A DNA stretch of 64,000 bases, from assembly GCA_963734735.1 (NCBI GenBank), contig CAVTIE010000003.1:42650-106649 (forward strand). Direction: 5' to 3'. The position numbers and the translations under genes are program-made. The stretch comes from an uncultured Gammaproteobacteria bacterium. Its GTDB lineage: Bacteria; Pseudomonadota; Gammaproteobacteria; Steroidobacterales; Steroidobacteraceae. The notes under the pieces are model-generated. The model made no database searches and had not been told where the DNA came from. It saw only the letters and a program-made list of their open reading frames with translations. This document shows positions 56,200 to 64,000 of the stretch, in pieces. Each line of letters opens with the position of its first letter. Positions within the stretch are counted from its first letter, which is position 1.

Positions 56200-56993
56200 G
56201 CGCGCGCCACCGCCCAGACCTCGATGTGGCGGCAACCCGCGCGCCGCAGCGCCTGGGCGACGGCATCGGCCGTCGCACCTGTCGTCATCACGTCGTCGAC
56301 GATTGCGACCGCGCGGGGAAGCGCGCGGGCCCGGACTTCGAAAGCGCCGCTGACGTTGACGCGCCGCACGATGGCGGGCAGCGCCGCCTGCTCCTCCGTG
56401 TTTCGCACGCGTTGCACCAGGCCCGCTTCCACCGGGAGGGAGAGCAATTCACCCGCAAAGGAGGCGATCTCGCGCGCCTGGTTGTAGCCGCGCCGCGCCT
56501 CGCGCGCCGCGTGCAGCGGAACCGGCACGAGCGCGTCCACCTGCGGGCGCCCGCGCTCGGCGAGGCGCCGCGCGAGCAGGGTTCCCAGGATCCGGGCGAT
56601 CGCAACCTGTCCGCCGTACTTCAGCCGGTGAATCAGTTCGACGAGCGGGAACTCGTAACGATAGGGAACGTACGCCGCGTCGAATGCGGGGCGTCTCTGC
56701 CCGCAGGGACCGCAGACGAGCCCGGCATCTGAAACGAGGGCCGCGCAGGTCCTGCAGGCGCGGGGATTTCGCGGCAGGTCACCCTCGCAGTCCACGCACA
56801 AGTCGAGATAAGGTGGCTGGCCGGGATCGAGGCAGAGCAGGCAGGTCGCCGGAAAGAGCCGGTGCAACAGCGACCGCGACAAGCCATAGGCCTGCCGGAT
56901 CAGGCTCGGTTGACAGGCTTCCACGGCGTTCGAATACTCGACCACGGCGCGAGACTGCGCCGCGCGTGGAGCACGCGTGCTGCGGTTTTTCAT
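56196..56993 (-). CDS. comF: ComF-family protein (phosphoribosyltransferase-like)
   Basis: N-terminal Cys pairs (CLLC...CVDC...CRTC...CGPC) and PRT motif IVDDVMTTGAT. Confidence 0.8.
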   Translation of the reverse strand: MKNRSTRAPRAAQSRAVVEYSNAVEACQPSLIRQAYGLSRSLLHRLFPATCLLCLDPGQPPYLDLCVDCEGDLPRNPRACRTCAALVSDAGLVCGPCGQRRPAFDAAYVPYRYEFPLVELIHRLKYGGQVAIARILGTLLARRLAERGRPQVDALVPVPLHAAREARRGYNQAREIASFAGELLSLPVEAGLVQRVRNTEEQAALPAIVRRVNVSGAFEVRARALPRAVAIVDDVMTTGATADAVAQALRRAGCRHIEVWAVARA

Positions 56994-57013
56994 CCCGAAC
57001 GCGGAGCAATTCA

Positions 57014-57922
57014 ATGGTCGCGAATGGCGGCGCAAGGCGACCGCTCGATCCGGGGCCGCCATCGCTCGATCGCGCCGCCATCCGCAGGCAGTTCGAGCGG
57101 GCGAGCGCGACCCATGACGAATACGCCGTGCTCACAGGGCGCCTGCGCGAGCAGGTGATCGAGCGCCTCGACTGGATCGCTTTCACGCCGGAGGCGATCC
57201 TCGACCTCGGTTGCGGCACCGGCCAGGCCGCGGCATGGCTCGCCGCGCGTTGGCCCCCCTCGCGCGTCGTCGCAGCGGATCTCTCGCCCGCGATGCTGCG
57301 CATCGCCGGCCGCCGGAAAGACGCGGCGCGTGTCGAGCTGCTATGCGCGGCCGCCGAGTCATTGCCCTTGCCGGATGCGAGCTTCGACCTCGTCTTCTGC
57401 AACCTGATGCTTCCCTGGTGCGAAGACCTCGACGCCGTCTTCGCGGAAGTCGCGCGCGTGCTGAGGCCGCGCGGCCTCTTCACGTTCACGACCTTCGGGC
57501 CGGGGACGCTCGTCGAGCTTCGGGAAGCGTGGCGCGCCGCCGATGACGCGACGCATGTCCACCCGTTCGCCGACATGCACGACATCGGCGACGGCCTCAT
57601 CCGCGCCGGGCTGTCGGAACCGGTCCTTGACGTGAGCCGGTTGACGCTGACTTACCCGGATGTCGCCGCGCTGATGCGCGACCTCAAGGCGACCGGCTCG
57701 CAGAACGCGACCACGTTCCGTCCCCGCGGCCTGACCGGCCGCGATCGCCTGCGTCGCATGGAGAAGGCGTATGAGGCGTTTCGCGAAGAGGGCGTGCTGC
57801 CCGCGAGCTGCGAGGTCGTGTTCGGACAGGCCTGGGGCGCGATCGAACAGCCCGGCAGGGACGGTGAATTCGCAGTTCCGGTCGGCGAAATCAGCCGTCG
57901 CGGCGGTGGCCGCGACGGCTGA
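57014..57922 (+). CDS. bioC: Malonyl-ACP O-methyltransferase (BioC-like SAM methyltransferase)
   Basis: IRRQFERASATHDEYAVL...ILDLGCGTG...FDLVFCNLML. Confidence 0.7.
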   Translation: MVANGGARRPLDPGPPSLDRAAIRRQFERASATHDEYAVLTGRLREQVIERLDWIAFTPEAILDLGCGTGQAAAWLAARWPPSRVVAADLSPAMLRIAGRRKDAARVELLCAAAESLPLPDASFDLVFCNLMLPWCEDLDAVFAEVARVLRPRGLFTFTTFGPGTLVELREAWRAADDATHVHPFADMHDIGDGLIRAGLSEPVLDVSRLTLTYPDVAALMRDLKATGSQNATTFRPRGLTGRDRLRRMEKAYEAFREEGVLPASCEVVFGQAWGAIEQPGRDGEFAVPVGEISRRGGGRDG

Positions 57923-57934
57923 GCGCCCGATCGC

Positions 57935-58502
57935 CTAGTGGTCGCAGAGCAGCCGCATGCGGCGCTCGGCGCGATCGAAGTCCTCGTCGGTCGCGGCATC
58001 GACGAGCTGCTGCTTGGCCGCGATGCAGGCGTCGGACTCGGACCGCGCAGCGGCGGGTACCGCGGCACCGGTCACGTCGCAACGCTCCTCGGGCGCCATG
58101 CGCAGGTTGTTGAACGAGCCGCGCTCGACCGCGACGCAGTCCCCGACCCTCAAGCCGGCCTGGTCGGTGACCATGCGGATCGTGGATTGGCCGTCGATCA
58201 GCACGGTGTACTCGAATGCCGTAGAGCGCGACATCGAGCCCGCCATGCGGCTTCCAACCGCGGCGCCGCCGAGGCCGCGCAGGGCGCGATTGCTGCTCGA
58301 GCGGCCGGAACCGCCGGAGGCGACGCCGAGCGCCCCGCCGACGAGCGTGCCCGCGGCCCGCGCGCCCGGATCCTCGACCTGGACCTGGCGCACGTTCGTG
58401 ATCCGTCCGAAATACGACCGAACTCTGCGCGTACGCCTGTACCGATGCCAGGATGCCGATGGCGAGAGCGGCGAACGCCGGCCTGTTCATTCGAAGCTTC
58501 AT
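57935..58502 (-). CDS. Secreted glycine-zipper protein with Cys-rich C-terminal domain; frame disrupted near 58405-58420 as assembled
   Basis: The signal peptide MKLRMNRPAFAALAIGILASVQAYA is in one frame; YFGRITNVRQVQV...GDCVAVE...AAKQQLVD...LLCDH is in the next. Paralogous to the tail of 7613-8464. Confidence 0.55.
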
Positions 58503-58533
58503 GACTTGAGACCTCCGTGTAACGAGCGTGTCA

Positions 58534-59574
58534 TCAGCGCTCCCCGAAGCGATACATCGCACCGACGCTGATATTGAATGCAGTGGTGTCGTGGAAATCG
58601 ACATCGGAATCATCTTCGCCCCAGAAGGCACTGCCGACAAGCTGCCAGCGGCCATCCCCGGCCGACAGCCGGTAGAACAGCGTGGCATCGAGGGCGAAGC
58701 GATCCGAATCCGTCTTGACGCCGAAGATCGGGTTCGCGGCGTCGTGATCGCGGCTGCCCGCGGCGACGTTGCCGACGAAGACGTAGCCCTGTCCCAGGAA
58801 AACGTAACTGAGCTGCAGCCGATAGCTGTCGCCGGCAATGGCGTCCCCGTCAAAGTCATGCGTGGTGTAGCGCACCATCGGCTGGAACAGGTGACGCCGG
58901 CTCGCACCGAGCGTCATCCGGTAGGAGAGGTCCGCTGAAAGTTGCTCGCCGTCGCGCAGAAGCAGCTCCTGGCAGGCCGCATCGCAGGGGACGCTCGTCA
59001 CGCCCAGGCCGCTCAGCTCCGTGTCGATCTCGATGTCCCGGTACGACAAGGTGAGCTCGAATGCGGAACCCAGGATCCGGTCCCATTGCAGGCGCAATCC
59101 GGTCGAGTCGCGATCCGTTTCCTCCCGCGGCACGCCCTCCGCATAGGGATCCTCCCAGACCTTGGTGGGAATTCCGCTGAACAGGAAGCCCGCCTGCAGG
59201 GCACCCGCCCCGTCGAGGCCTTTCCGGACGCCCAGTTGCGTGACACCGTCGAGCGTCACCGCGTCCTCCAGTGAGGTTCCGAAAAAGGCCTGCCACTGGT
59301 TTCCGAAGGTGTAGTTGATCTCGCCCGTCACGACCGGGTGGAAGGCATCGTCACTTCGCGGACCGTCGTTGACGGAGTTGATGGTGTCGCGCCCGATCTC
59401 GAGCATGGAATTGCCCGCCACGAGATTGCTCTCGATCTCGGTGTAACCGGCACCGACCAGCGCGAAGCCGCGCCACCCGGGCGTTTCCGGTATGGGTTCA
59501 ATCGCCGACGCGACGGACGCAAGCGCGCAGGTTCCAGACGCGAACAACATCGCGGAAAATCGGCTTGCACGCAT
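58534..59574 (-). CDS. Outer-membrane beta-barrel protein (DUF2860-like)
   Basis: Signal peptide, alternating beta-strand pattern, C-terminal ...NISVGAMYRF. Confidence 0.6.
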   Translation of the reverse strand: MRASRFSAMLFASGTCALASVASAIEPIPETPGWRGFALVGAGYTEIESNLVAGNSMLEIGRDTINSVNDGPRSDDAFHPVVTGEINYTFGNQWQAFFGTSLEDAVTLDGVTQLGVRKGLDGAGALQAGFLFSGIPTKVWEDPYAEGVPREETDRDSTGLRLQWDRILGSAFELTLSYRDIEIDTELSGLGVTSVPCDAACQELLLRDGEQLSADLSYRMTLGASRRHLFQPMVRYTTHDFDGDAIAGDSYRLQLSYVFLGQGYVFVGNVAAGSRDHDAANPIFGVKTDSDRFALDATLFYRLSAGDGRWQLVGSAFWGEDDSDVDFHDTTAFNISVGAMYRFGER

Positions 59575-59647
59575 CGTCGTAACTTATCATGAACGCCGCC
59601 AAAACGACCATTTGGAACGGCGCCGCCGGCAAACCGAGGTGACCATC

Positions 59648-60679
59648 GTGAGCAGCTCGTCCCGTGAATCGAAACTCGCGCTGATCGTCGCGGCCGCGGC
59701 GTTCTCGCCTGCCGGATTTGCCGAAACACCGGGGGCGGAGTGCCTCGAGATCGTCATCGACGAGCAGCGCCTCGATTGCTTCGACCGCGCCATCCGGGCC
59801 GCGGTCGCCGGTGCCAAAGCGCCGGTTGCGGGCGCCGTCGCACCGCCGGCGGCAACCGCAGTGGCAATGCCGCCTCCGGAGCCCTTGTCGTTGCTCGAGC
59901 GGGCCTGGGTCGTCGATCCGAATTCGGACAGGACCCTGCTGCGCCTGTATCACCCCAACTACGCCCTGTTCGGGCGCTATACGACCGACGTCAACACCGC
60001 GCCGTACGAGCCGCTGTTCGATGCGTTCGCGGAAGAAGGGGACTTCGATTCCGTGGAAGCGAAATTCCAGCTCAGCTTCAAGACACGGCTCTGGGCGGAT
60101 GACGAGCGTGATTTTGGCGTCTGGTTCGCGTACACGCAGCAGAACCAATGGCAGGTGTACAACGGCGACCTGTCGAGCCCATTCCGGGAAACGAACTACA
60201 TGCCGGAATTCTTTGCCAGCTTCCAGCCAGGAATCGATCTCGGTGAATGGAAGTGGAACCTGCTCAATGTCGGTTACAACCACCAGTCAAACGGGCGGGC
60301 CGATCCGATTTCGCGAAGCTGGGACCGCCTGTTCGTCGAGGGCGGGATCGAGCGGGGAAATTTTGCGCTGCTGGCAAAAGCCTGGATGCGGATCCGGCCC
60401 GGTTCGTACGAAGACGACAATCCCGACATCACCGACTATCTCGGTTACGGTGAAGTGACCGGGATCTGGTATCACGGCGACAGCAGCTACACCCTGATGC
60501 TGCGCGGCAATCCCGCCACCGGGAAAGGCGCCGGGCAGTTCACGTGGATGTCGCGGCCCCTCTTCGGGCCGTTGAAAGCCTACGTCCAGGTCTTCTCCGG
60601 CTACGGAGAGAGCATGATCGACTACGACTGGAACCAGACGACGTTCGGAGTCGGAATAGCGCTGAACGAAAAACTCTGA
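59648..60679 (+). CDS. pldA: Outer-membrane phospholipase A1
   Basis: GTG at 59648, 9 nt after GAGG. LYHPNYAL, YNHQSNG (His-Ser) and catalytic Asn region. Confidence 0.85.
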   Translation: MSSSSRESKLALIVAAAAFSPAGFAETPGAECLEIVIDEQRLDCFDRAIRAAVAGAKAPVAGAVAPPAATAVAMPPPEPLSLLERAWVVDPNSDRTLLRLYHPNYALFGRYTTDVNTAPYEPLFDAFAEEGDFDSVEAKFQLSFKTRLWADDERDFGVWFAYTQQNQWQVYNGDLSSPFRETNYMPEFFASFQPGIDLGEWKWNLLNVGYNHQSNGRADPISRSWDRLFVEGGIERGNFALLAKAWMRIRPGSYEDDNPDITDYLGYGEVTGIWYHGDSSYTLMLRGNPATGKGAGQFTWMSRPLFGPLKAYVQVFSGYGESMIDYDWNQTTFGVGIALNEKL

Positions 60680-60689
60680 ACCCGGCCGG

Positions 60690-61460
60690 TCAGCGGCGCG
60701 CCCGGATCGCGCGGCCGTCGGCGGCCTTGAGGAGGAGCGCGCCGTCCTCCGTAAAGCCGAACTGCTTCACTTCGGCGAGGAGGGCGAGGAACGCGCGCTC
60801 CTGGTCCATCAGCGGTTGTTCGCAGGCCATCATGCTGCCGGCGCCCTGGGAAATCGTCAGCCCCTCGCCGCTCAGCTTGTACGACGACATGAAGCGATTG
60901 CAGGAAGAGCTGCCCGAAAGCTTGCCATCGGCCCCGAAATTCAGCGTGACCTTCGAATCCTTCACGAGCGCGGCACCGCCCAGCTCGTCGACTGTCCACT
61001 CCGCGCCCTGGAGCAGGGAGGCCGGATCGCCGCCGCAGCCCTGCAGGTCCGGCTCGAGGCCCTGGCCATCCATCCAGACCTGGACGCGCTGCGGGTGCGG
61101 CATGCCGCTCATCGAGTCCGTGCAGACCTGGTCGATCACCTTGACGGCGACCTGTCCCTTGTCTCCCGACGCCACGTAGAGGGCCGACCCATCCGCGAAC
61201 GTCGTGTCGAGCACGGGTGCGCCGGCGCGCGTTTCGCCCTGGTCCGTGACCAGCAGGATCCCCGACTCGCTCATTTCGAGACGCCAGTTGGGCTCGTTGC
61301 CCGTGGCGCGCAGGGTTCTTGCGGCGGGAACTGCGGCGACGGCGGGTGCCGCCGGCGTCGCCTTGTCGGCCTCGGCGGCATCAGGGGCCTTCTTCGTGCA
61401 TCCGGCAATAATCGCAATTCCGAAAGCTGCAATCAGAATGTTCGCTGGCACCCTGGACAT
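60690..61460 (-). CDS. Lipoprotein with C-terminal META (HslJ-like) domain
   Basis: Lipobox IIAGC. GAEWTVDELGG...LNFGADGKLSGSSSCNRF...ACEQPLMDQERAFL. Confidence 0.75.
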   Translation of the reverse strand: MSRVPANILIAAFGIAIIAGCTKKAPDAAEADKATPAAPAVAAVPAARTLRATGNEPNWRLEMSESGILLVTDQGETRAGAPVLDTTFADGSALYVASGDKGQVAVKVIDQVCTDSMSGMPHPQRVQVWMDGQGLEPDLQGCGGDPASLLQGAEWTVDELGGAALVKDSKVTLNFGADGKLSGSSSCNRFMSSYKLSGEGLTISQGAGSMMACEQPLMDQERAFLALLAEVKQFGFTEDGALLLKAADGRAIRARR

Positions 61461-61605
61461 GATTCGCCCTCGCTGATTCCGGTGAGTTCGCCGCGATTCT
61501 AGCAGGGCCCTGCGACCCGTTGCGCTTCGGATAGGCTATTGCCTGCTGCGGGGGAATCCGTCGTTGGATAGTGCAGTGACAGCGATCGTGCGGGAGGCAG
61601 GCTGC

Positions 61606-63357
61606 TTGCGACGCTGGCTGTTCGTCGCCCTGGGCGCATGCGCCCTGCACGCGCCACTCGCCTGCGCAACCGAAGAACCCGCCTATATCGCATTCAAGGT
61701 TTCCATCGAGGCGCCCCCGCCACTGCAGCGGGCCATCGAGCGCGGCCTCGACATCCGCAGCTGGGAGGGTTTCGAGTACGTGACCCCGGAGCTGCTGGAC
61801 CAGCTCGTCGAGACGTCGCAGCAGCGGACTCGCGACGTCCTGGAAACCGAGGGCTACTTCGAGGCGGAAGTCGACGCGCGGATCGACACCTCCGTCGAGC
61901 CGCGCCTCGTCACGATCCGCGTCCGGCCCGGCGAGCCCGCGCGCATCGCCTCCGTCGTCGTGGAATTCACGGGCCCCGCCACGGAGGACCCCGCGCTCGC
62001 TGCGCGCCTGCAGCGCATTCGCGCCGGCTGGCTGCTGCCGGCCGGCGCCATCTTCAGGCAGGAAGACTGGACGCGCGCCCAGTCGGGACTGGTGGCCGAC
62101 CTCGCCTCGGAGTCCTTTGCCGCGGCGCGGATGACGTCGAGCCTCGCCCGCGTCGAGGCGAACCTGCGCGAGGTCAATCTCCGGGTCGAGGTCGACAGCG
62201 GGCCACCGTTCTTCTTCGGCGACATCTCGATCCTCGGCCTTCAGCGCTACCCGCCCGGGCTCGTCCACAACTTCGCGCCATTTTCCCCAGGCACTCCGTA
62301 TTCGATGGAACTGCTGCGTCGCTTCGAGCGGCGGCTGGCAGTGACCGGATACTTCGCCTCGGTCCACGCCGTCCTCGATACCGCGCCGGAAGCCGCGGGC
62401 GCCGCGCAGGTGACCGTCGCCCTGATCGAGGCGATGCCTCGCCGCATCGACGTCAACCTCGGCTTCTCCACCGATACACGCCTGCGGTTCGGGGTTGCCT
62501 ATTCGGACAACGACTTTCTCGAGAGGGCGCTTCGGCTGCGCACGGACCTGCGCATCGAGTCGCTCCGCCAGGGCCTGACGGCGGGTATCGAGCGGCCGCC
62601 GAGCCGCAGCGGCTGGATCGACGCCTACTCCGCCGCGGTGCTGCGCACCGACATCCAGGACCTGGAGACGGAAGAATGGACCCTGGCCGCGCAGCGCCGC
62701 CGGCTCGATGAGCGCAACCAGCCGGCCTTCGGCATCGAGTGGACGACCGAGCGCCAGGAACCGCGCGGAGCGCCGGCCAGCAACTCCTTTGCGACCGTGC
62801 TCGGCTACCAGCACACCTGGCGGTCGGTCGATGACCTGCTCTCGCCGACGCGGGGATGGGTGCTGCGCGTGAATGCGGGCGTCGCGCCGCCCGGCATTTC
62901 GTCGCGCGCGTTCGGGCAACTCCTCGCGTCCGGCACCTGGTACGTGTCCGTTTCGCCGCGTGACGACCTGCGCTTTCGCGCGGACGCCGGGTGGATCGTG
63001 TCGGACACGTCGGCGGACATCCCGCAGCACTTCCTCTTTCGCACCGGTGGCGACACCAGCGTTCGCGGCTACGAGTACCAGAGCCTCGGCGTGGAAGTCG
63101 GCGACGCCATCGTCGGCGGCCGCTACATGGGCGTCGGCTCCGCCGAGTACACGCGCTGGATAGGCGAAAGCTGGGGCGTCGCCGGCTTCGTCGATGCGGG
63201 AAATGCCACCGACGACATCGACGACTTCCGGCTCGCGATCGGCTACGGCCTCGGCATGCGGGTGCGAAGCCCCGTCGGCGCGTTCCGGTTCGATCTCGCC
63301 TATGGCCGCGACACCAGTTCCGTGCGGCTTCACTTCTCGCTCGGGGTGAGATTCTGA
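61606..63357 (+). CDS. tamA: Translocation and assembly module subunit TamA (Omp85 family)
   Basis: TTG at 61606, 8 nt after GGGAGG (the ORF is open from 61564). POTRA-like repeats. Barrel end ...FRFDLAYG......FSLGVRF. Confidence 0.8.
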   Translation: MRRWLFVALGACALHAPLACATEEPAYIAFKVSIEAPPPLQRAIERGLDIRSWEGFEYVTPELLDQLVETSQQRTRDVLETEGYFEAEVDARIDTSVEPRLVTIRVRPGEPARIASVVVEFTGPATEDPALAARLQRIRAGWLLPAGAIFRQEDWTRAQSGLVADLASESFAAARMTSSLARVEANLREVNLRVEVDSGPPFFFGDISILGLQRYPPGLVHNFAPFSPGTPYSMELLRRFERRLAVTGYFASVHAVLDTAPEAAGAAQVTVALIEAMPRRIDVNLGFSTDTRLRFGVAYSDNDFLERALRLRTDLRIESLRQGLTAGIERPPSRSGWIDAYSAAVLRTDIQDLETEEWTLAAQRRRLDERNQPAFGIEWTTERQEPRGAPASNSFATVLGYQHTWRSVDDLLSPTRGWVLRVNAGVAPPGISSRAFGQLLASGTWYVSVSPRDDLRFRADAGWIVSDTSADIPQHFLFRTGGDTSVRGYEYQSLGVEVGDAIVGGRYMGVGSAEYTRWIGESWGVAGFVDAGNATDDIDDFRLAIGYGLGMRVRSPVGAFRFDLAYGRDTSSVRLHFSLGVRF

Positions 63358-64000
63358 TGGCGGGGCGCACAAGACACCTGCTGCTGACGCTCCTCGTGCT
63401 GCTGCTCGTGGCGGGCGCAGGCGCGGGTGGCGTGCTCTGGCTCGCACGCAGTCCTGAAGCGCTCCGCTGGGCCGCCGGCCGCATCGAGGCCGCGCTGGGC
63501 GGGCGCCTGCAGCTCCATGGACTGTCGGGTTCCCTGGCGCGCGGCTTCATGGCCGAGCGCGCGACCTTCGCACAGGGCGGCCTTCGCATCGAGCTGGAGC
63601 AGCTGCGGATCGAGTGGAGCCTGCGCGGCCTGCTCTCGCGTTCGGTGGACATCTCGTCGCTCGAGATTGGCCGCGTTTACGTGGGCGTGGAACCCAGCGG
63701 TGAAAAAATCGTCCTGCCGGCAACGCTCGCGCTTCCCCGTCGACATGCGCGTGCGCAGCGCTGGCGTGGACGAAGTCCTCGTTCGCGTCGGGTCGCGCGC
63801 ACCGCTCCGGTTTTCCGAGGTGTCCCTCGCCTACCGGGGCGGCCGAAGCGCGCACGCACTCGAGCGCATCAGCGTCCGCTCGCCCTGGGGCCCGGTTTCC
63901 GGGCGCCTGCAACTCGGCGCACGGCGCGATTTTCCCATCGACGGGGCGCTCGCCTGGGAACTGGCGGACCTGCCCATCGAAGGCCAGCGTGAAAGCGACC
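63357..64000 (+). CDS. tamB: Translocation and assembly module subunit TamB, 5' part (runs off the window); 1-nt insertion in the CCCC run at 63735-63738 as assembled
   Basis: The ATG overlaps the tamA stop. TM anchor LLLTLLVLLLVAGAG. ...LPATLALP joins VDMRVRSAGVDEVLV... in the next frame. Confidence 0.75.

Noticed and set aside
1-64000. Mobile genetic elements, prophage, integrase, toxin-antitoxin pairs, tRNA/rRNA genes
   Set aside because: None of the long or short ORFs shows transposase, integrase, phage structural or typical TA motifs. No cloverleaf-like or rRNA-like conserved stretches were noticed in the intergenic regions. A tRNA or ncRNA scan (tRNAscan-SE, Infernal) would be needed to be certain.

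Overview
High-GC (about 67-68% by eye) proteobacterial chromosomal segment with gammaproteobacteria-like synteny. I see about 70 protein genes. Reading both strands by eye, I found no rRNA, tRNA, CRISPR array, transposase, integrase or prophage genes. No homology search was run: family names come from motifs I recognise in the supplied translations, and all coordinates were checked against the printed sequence.

Most of the window is housekeeping. The main blocks are tesA<>ybbA-ybbP, fadD, pilMNOPQ-aroK-aroB-dgt-pyrF-hemE (all minus strand, mostly with 4-nt overlaps), mrcA, gltA, hemW, rpmE, rdgB-rph, yicC, gmk-rpoZ-spoT-ridA-recG-ubiC-ubiA, comF<>bioC, pldA and tamA-tamB.

Accessory-looking parts:
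- **1-8.5 kb:** a 5'-partial lipase-like hydrolase / CHAT fusion protein, a DUF4139 protein, several secreted proteins of unknown function, a truncated LolA-like gene next to a 40-bp tandem duplication, and an in-frame chimera of a Tat-signal beta-carbonic anhydrase with a glycine-zipper protein tail.
- **40.7-45.9 kb:** gene remnants, two small ORFs with strong Shine-Dalgarno sites, LysR, DUF4105 and MarC.

Other signals worth a second look:
- A genome-specific palindromic REP-like family (core GAAGGGGAC..GTCCCCTTC) at seven intergenic loci. Several ORFs terminate inside these elements.
- A perfect head-to-head pair of consensus DnaA boxes in the only AT-rich tract, upstream of rpmE.
- Roughly ten single-base frame disruptions, about half of them in short homopolymer runs and several in conserved genes. 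Assembly error seems more likely than real pseudogenisation.

The best candidate for a novel system is the hydrolase-CHAT protein at the left edge. Its upstream partners, if any, lie outside the window.
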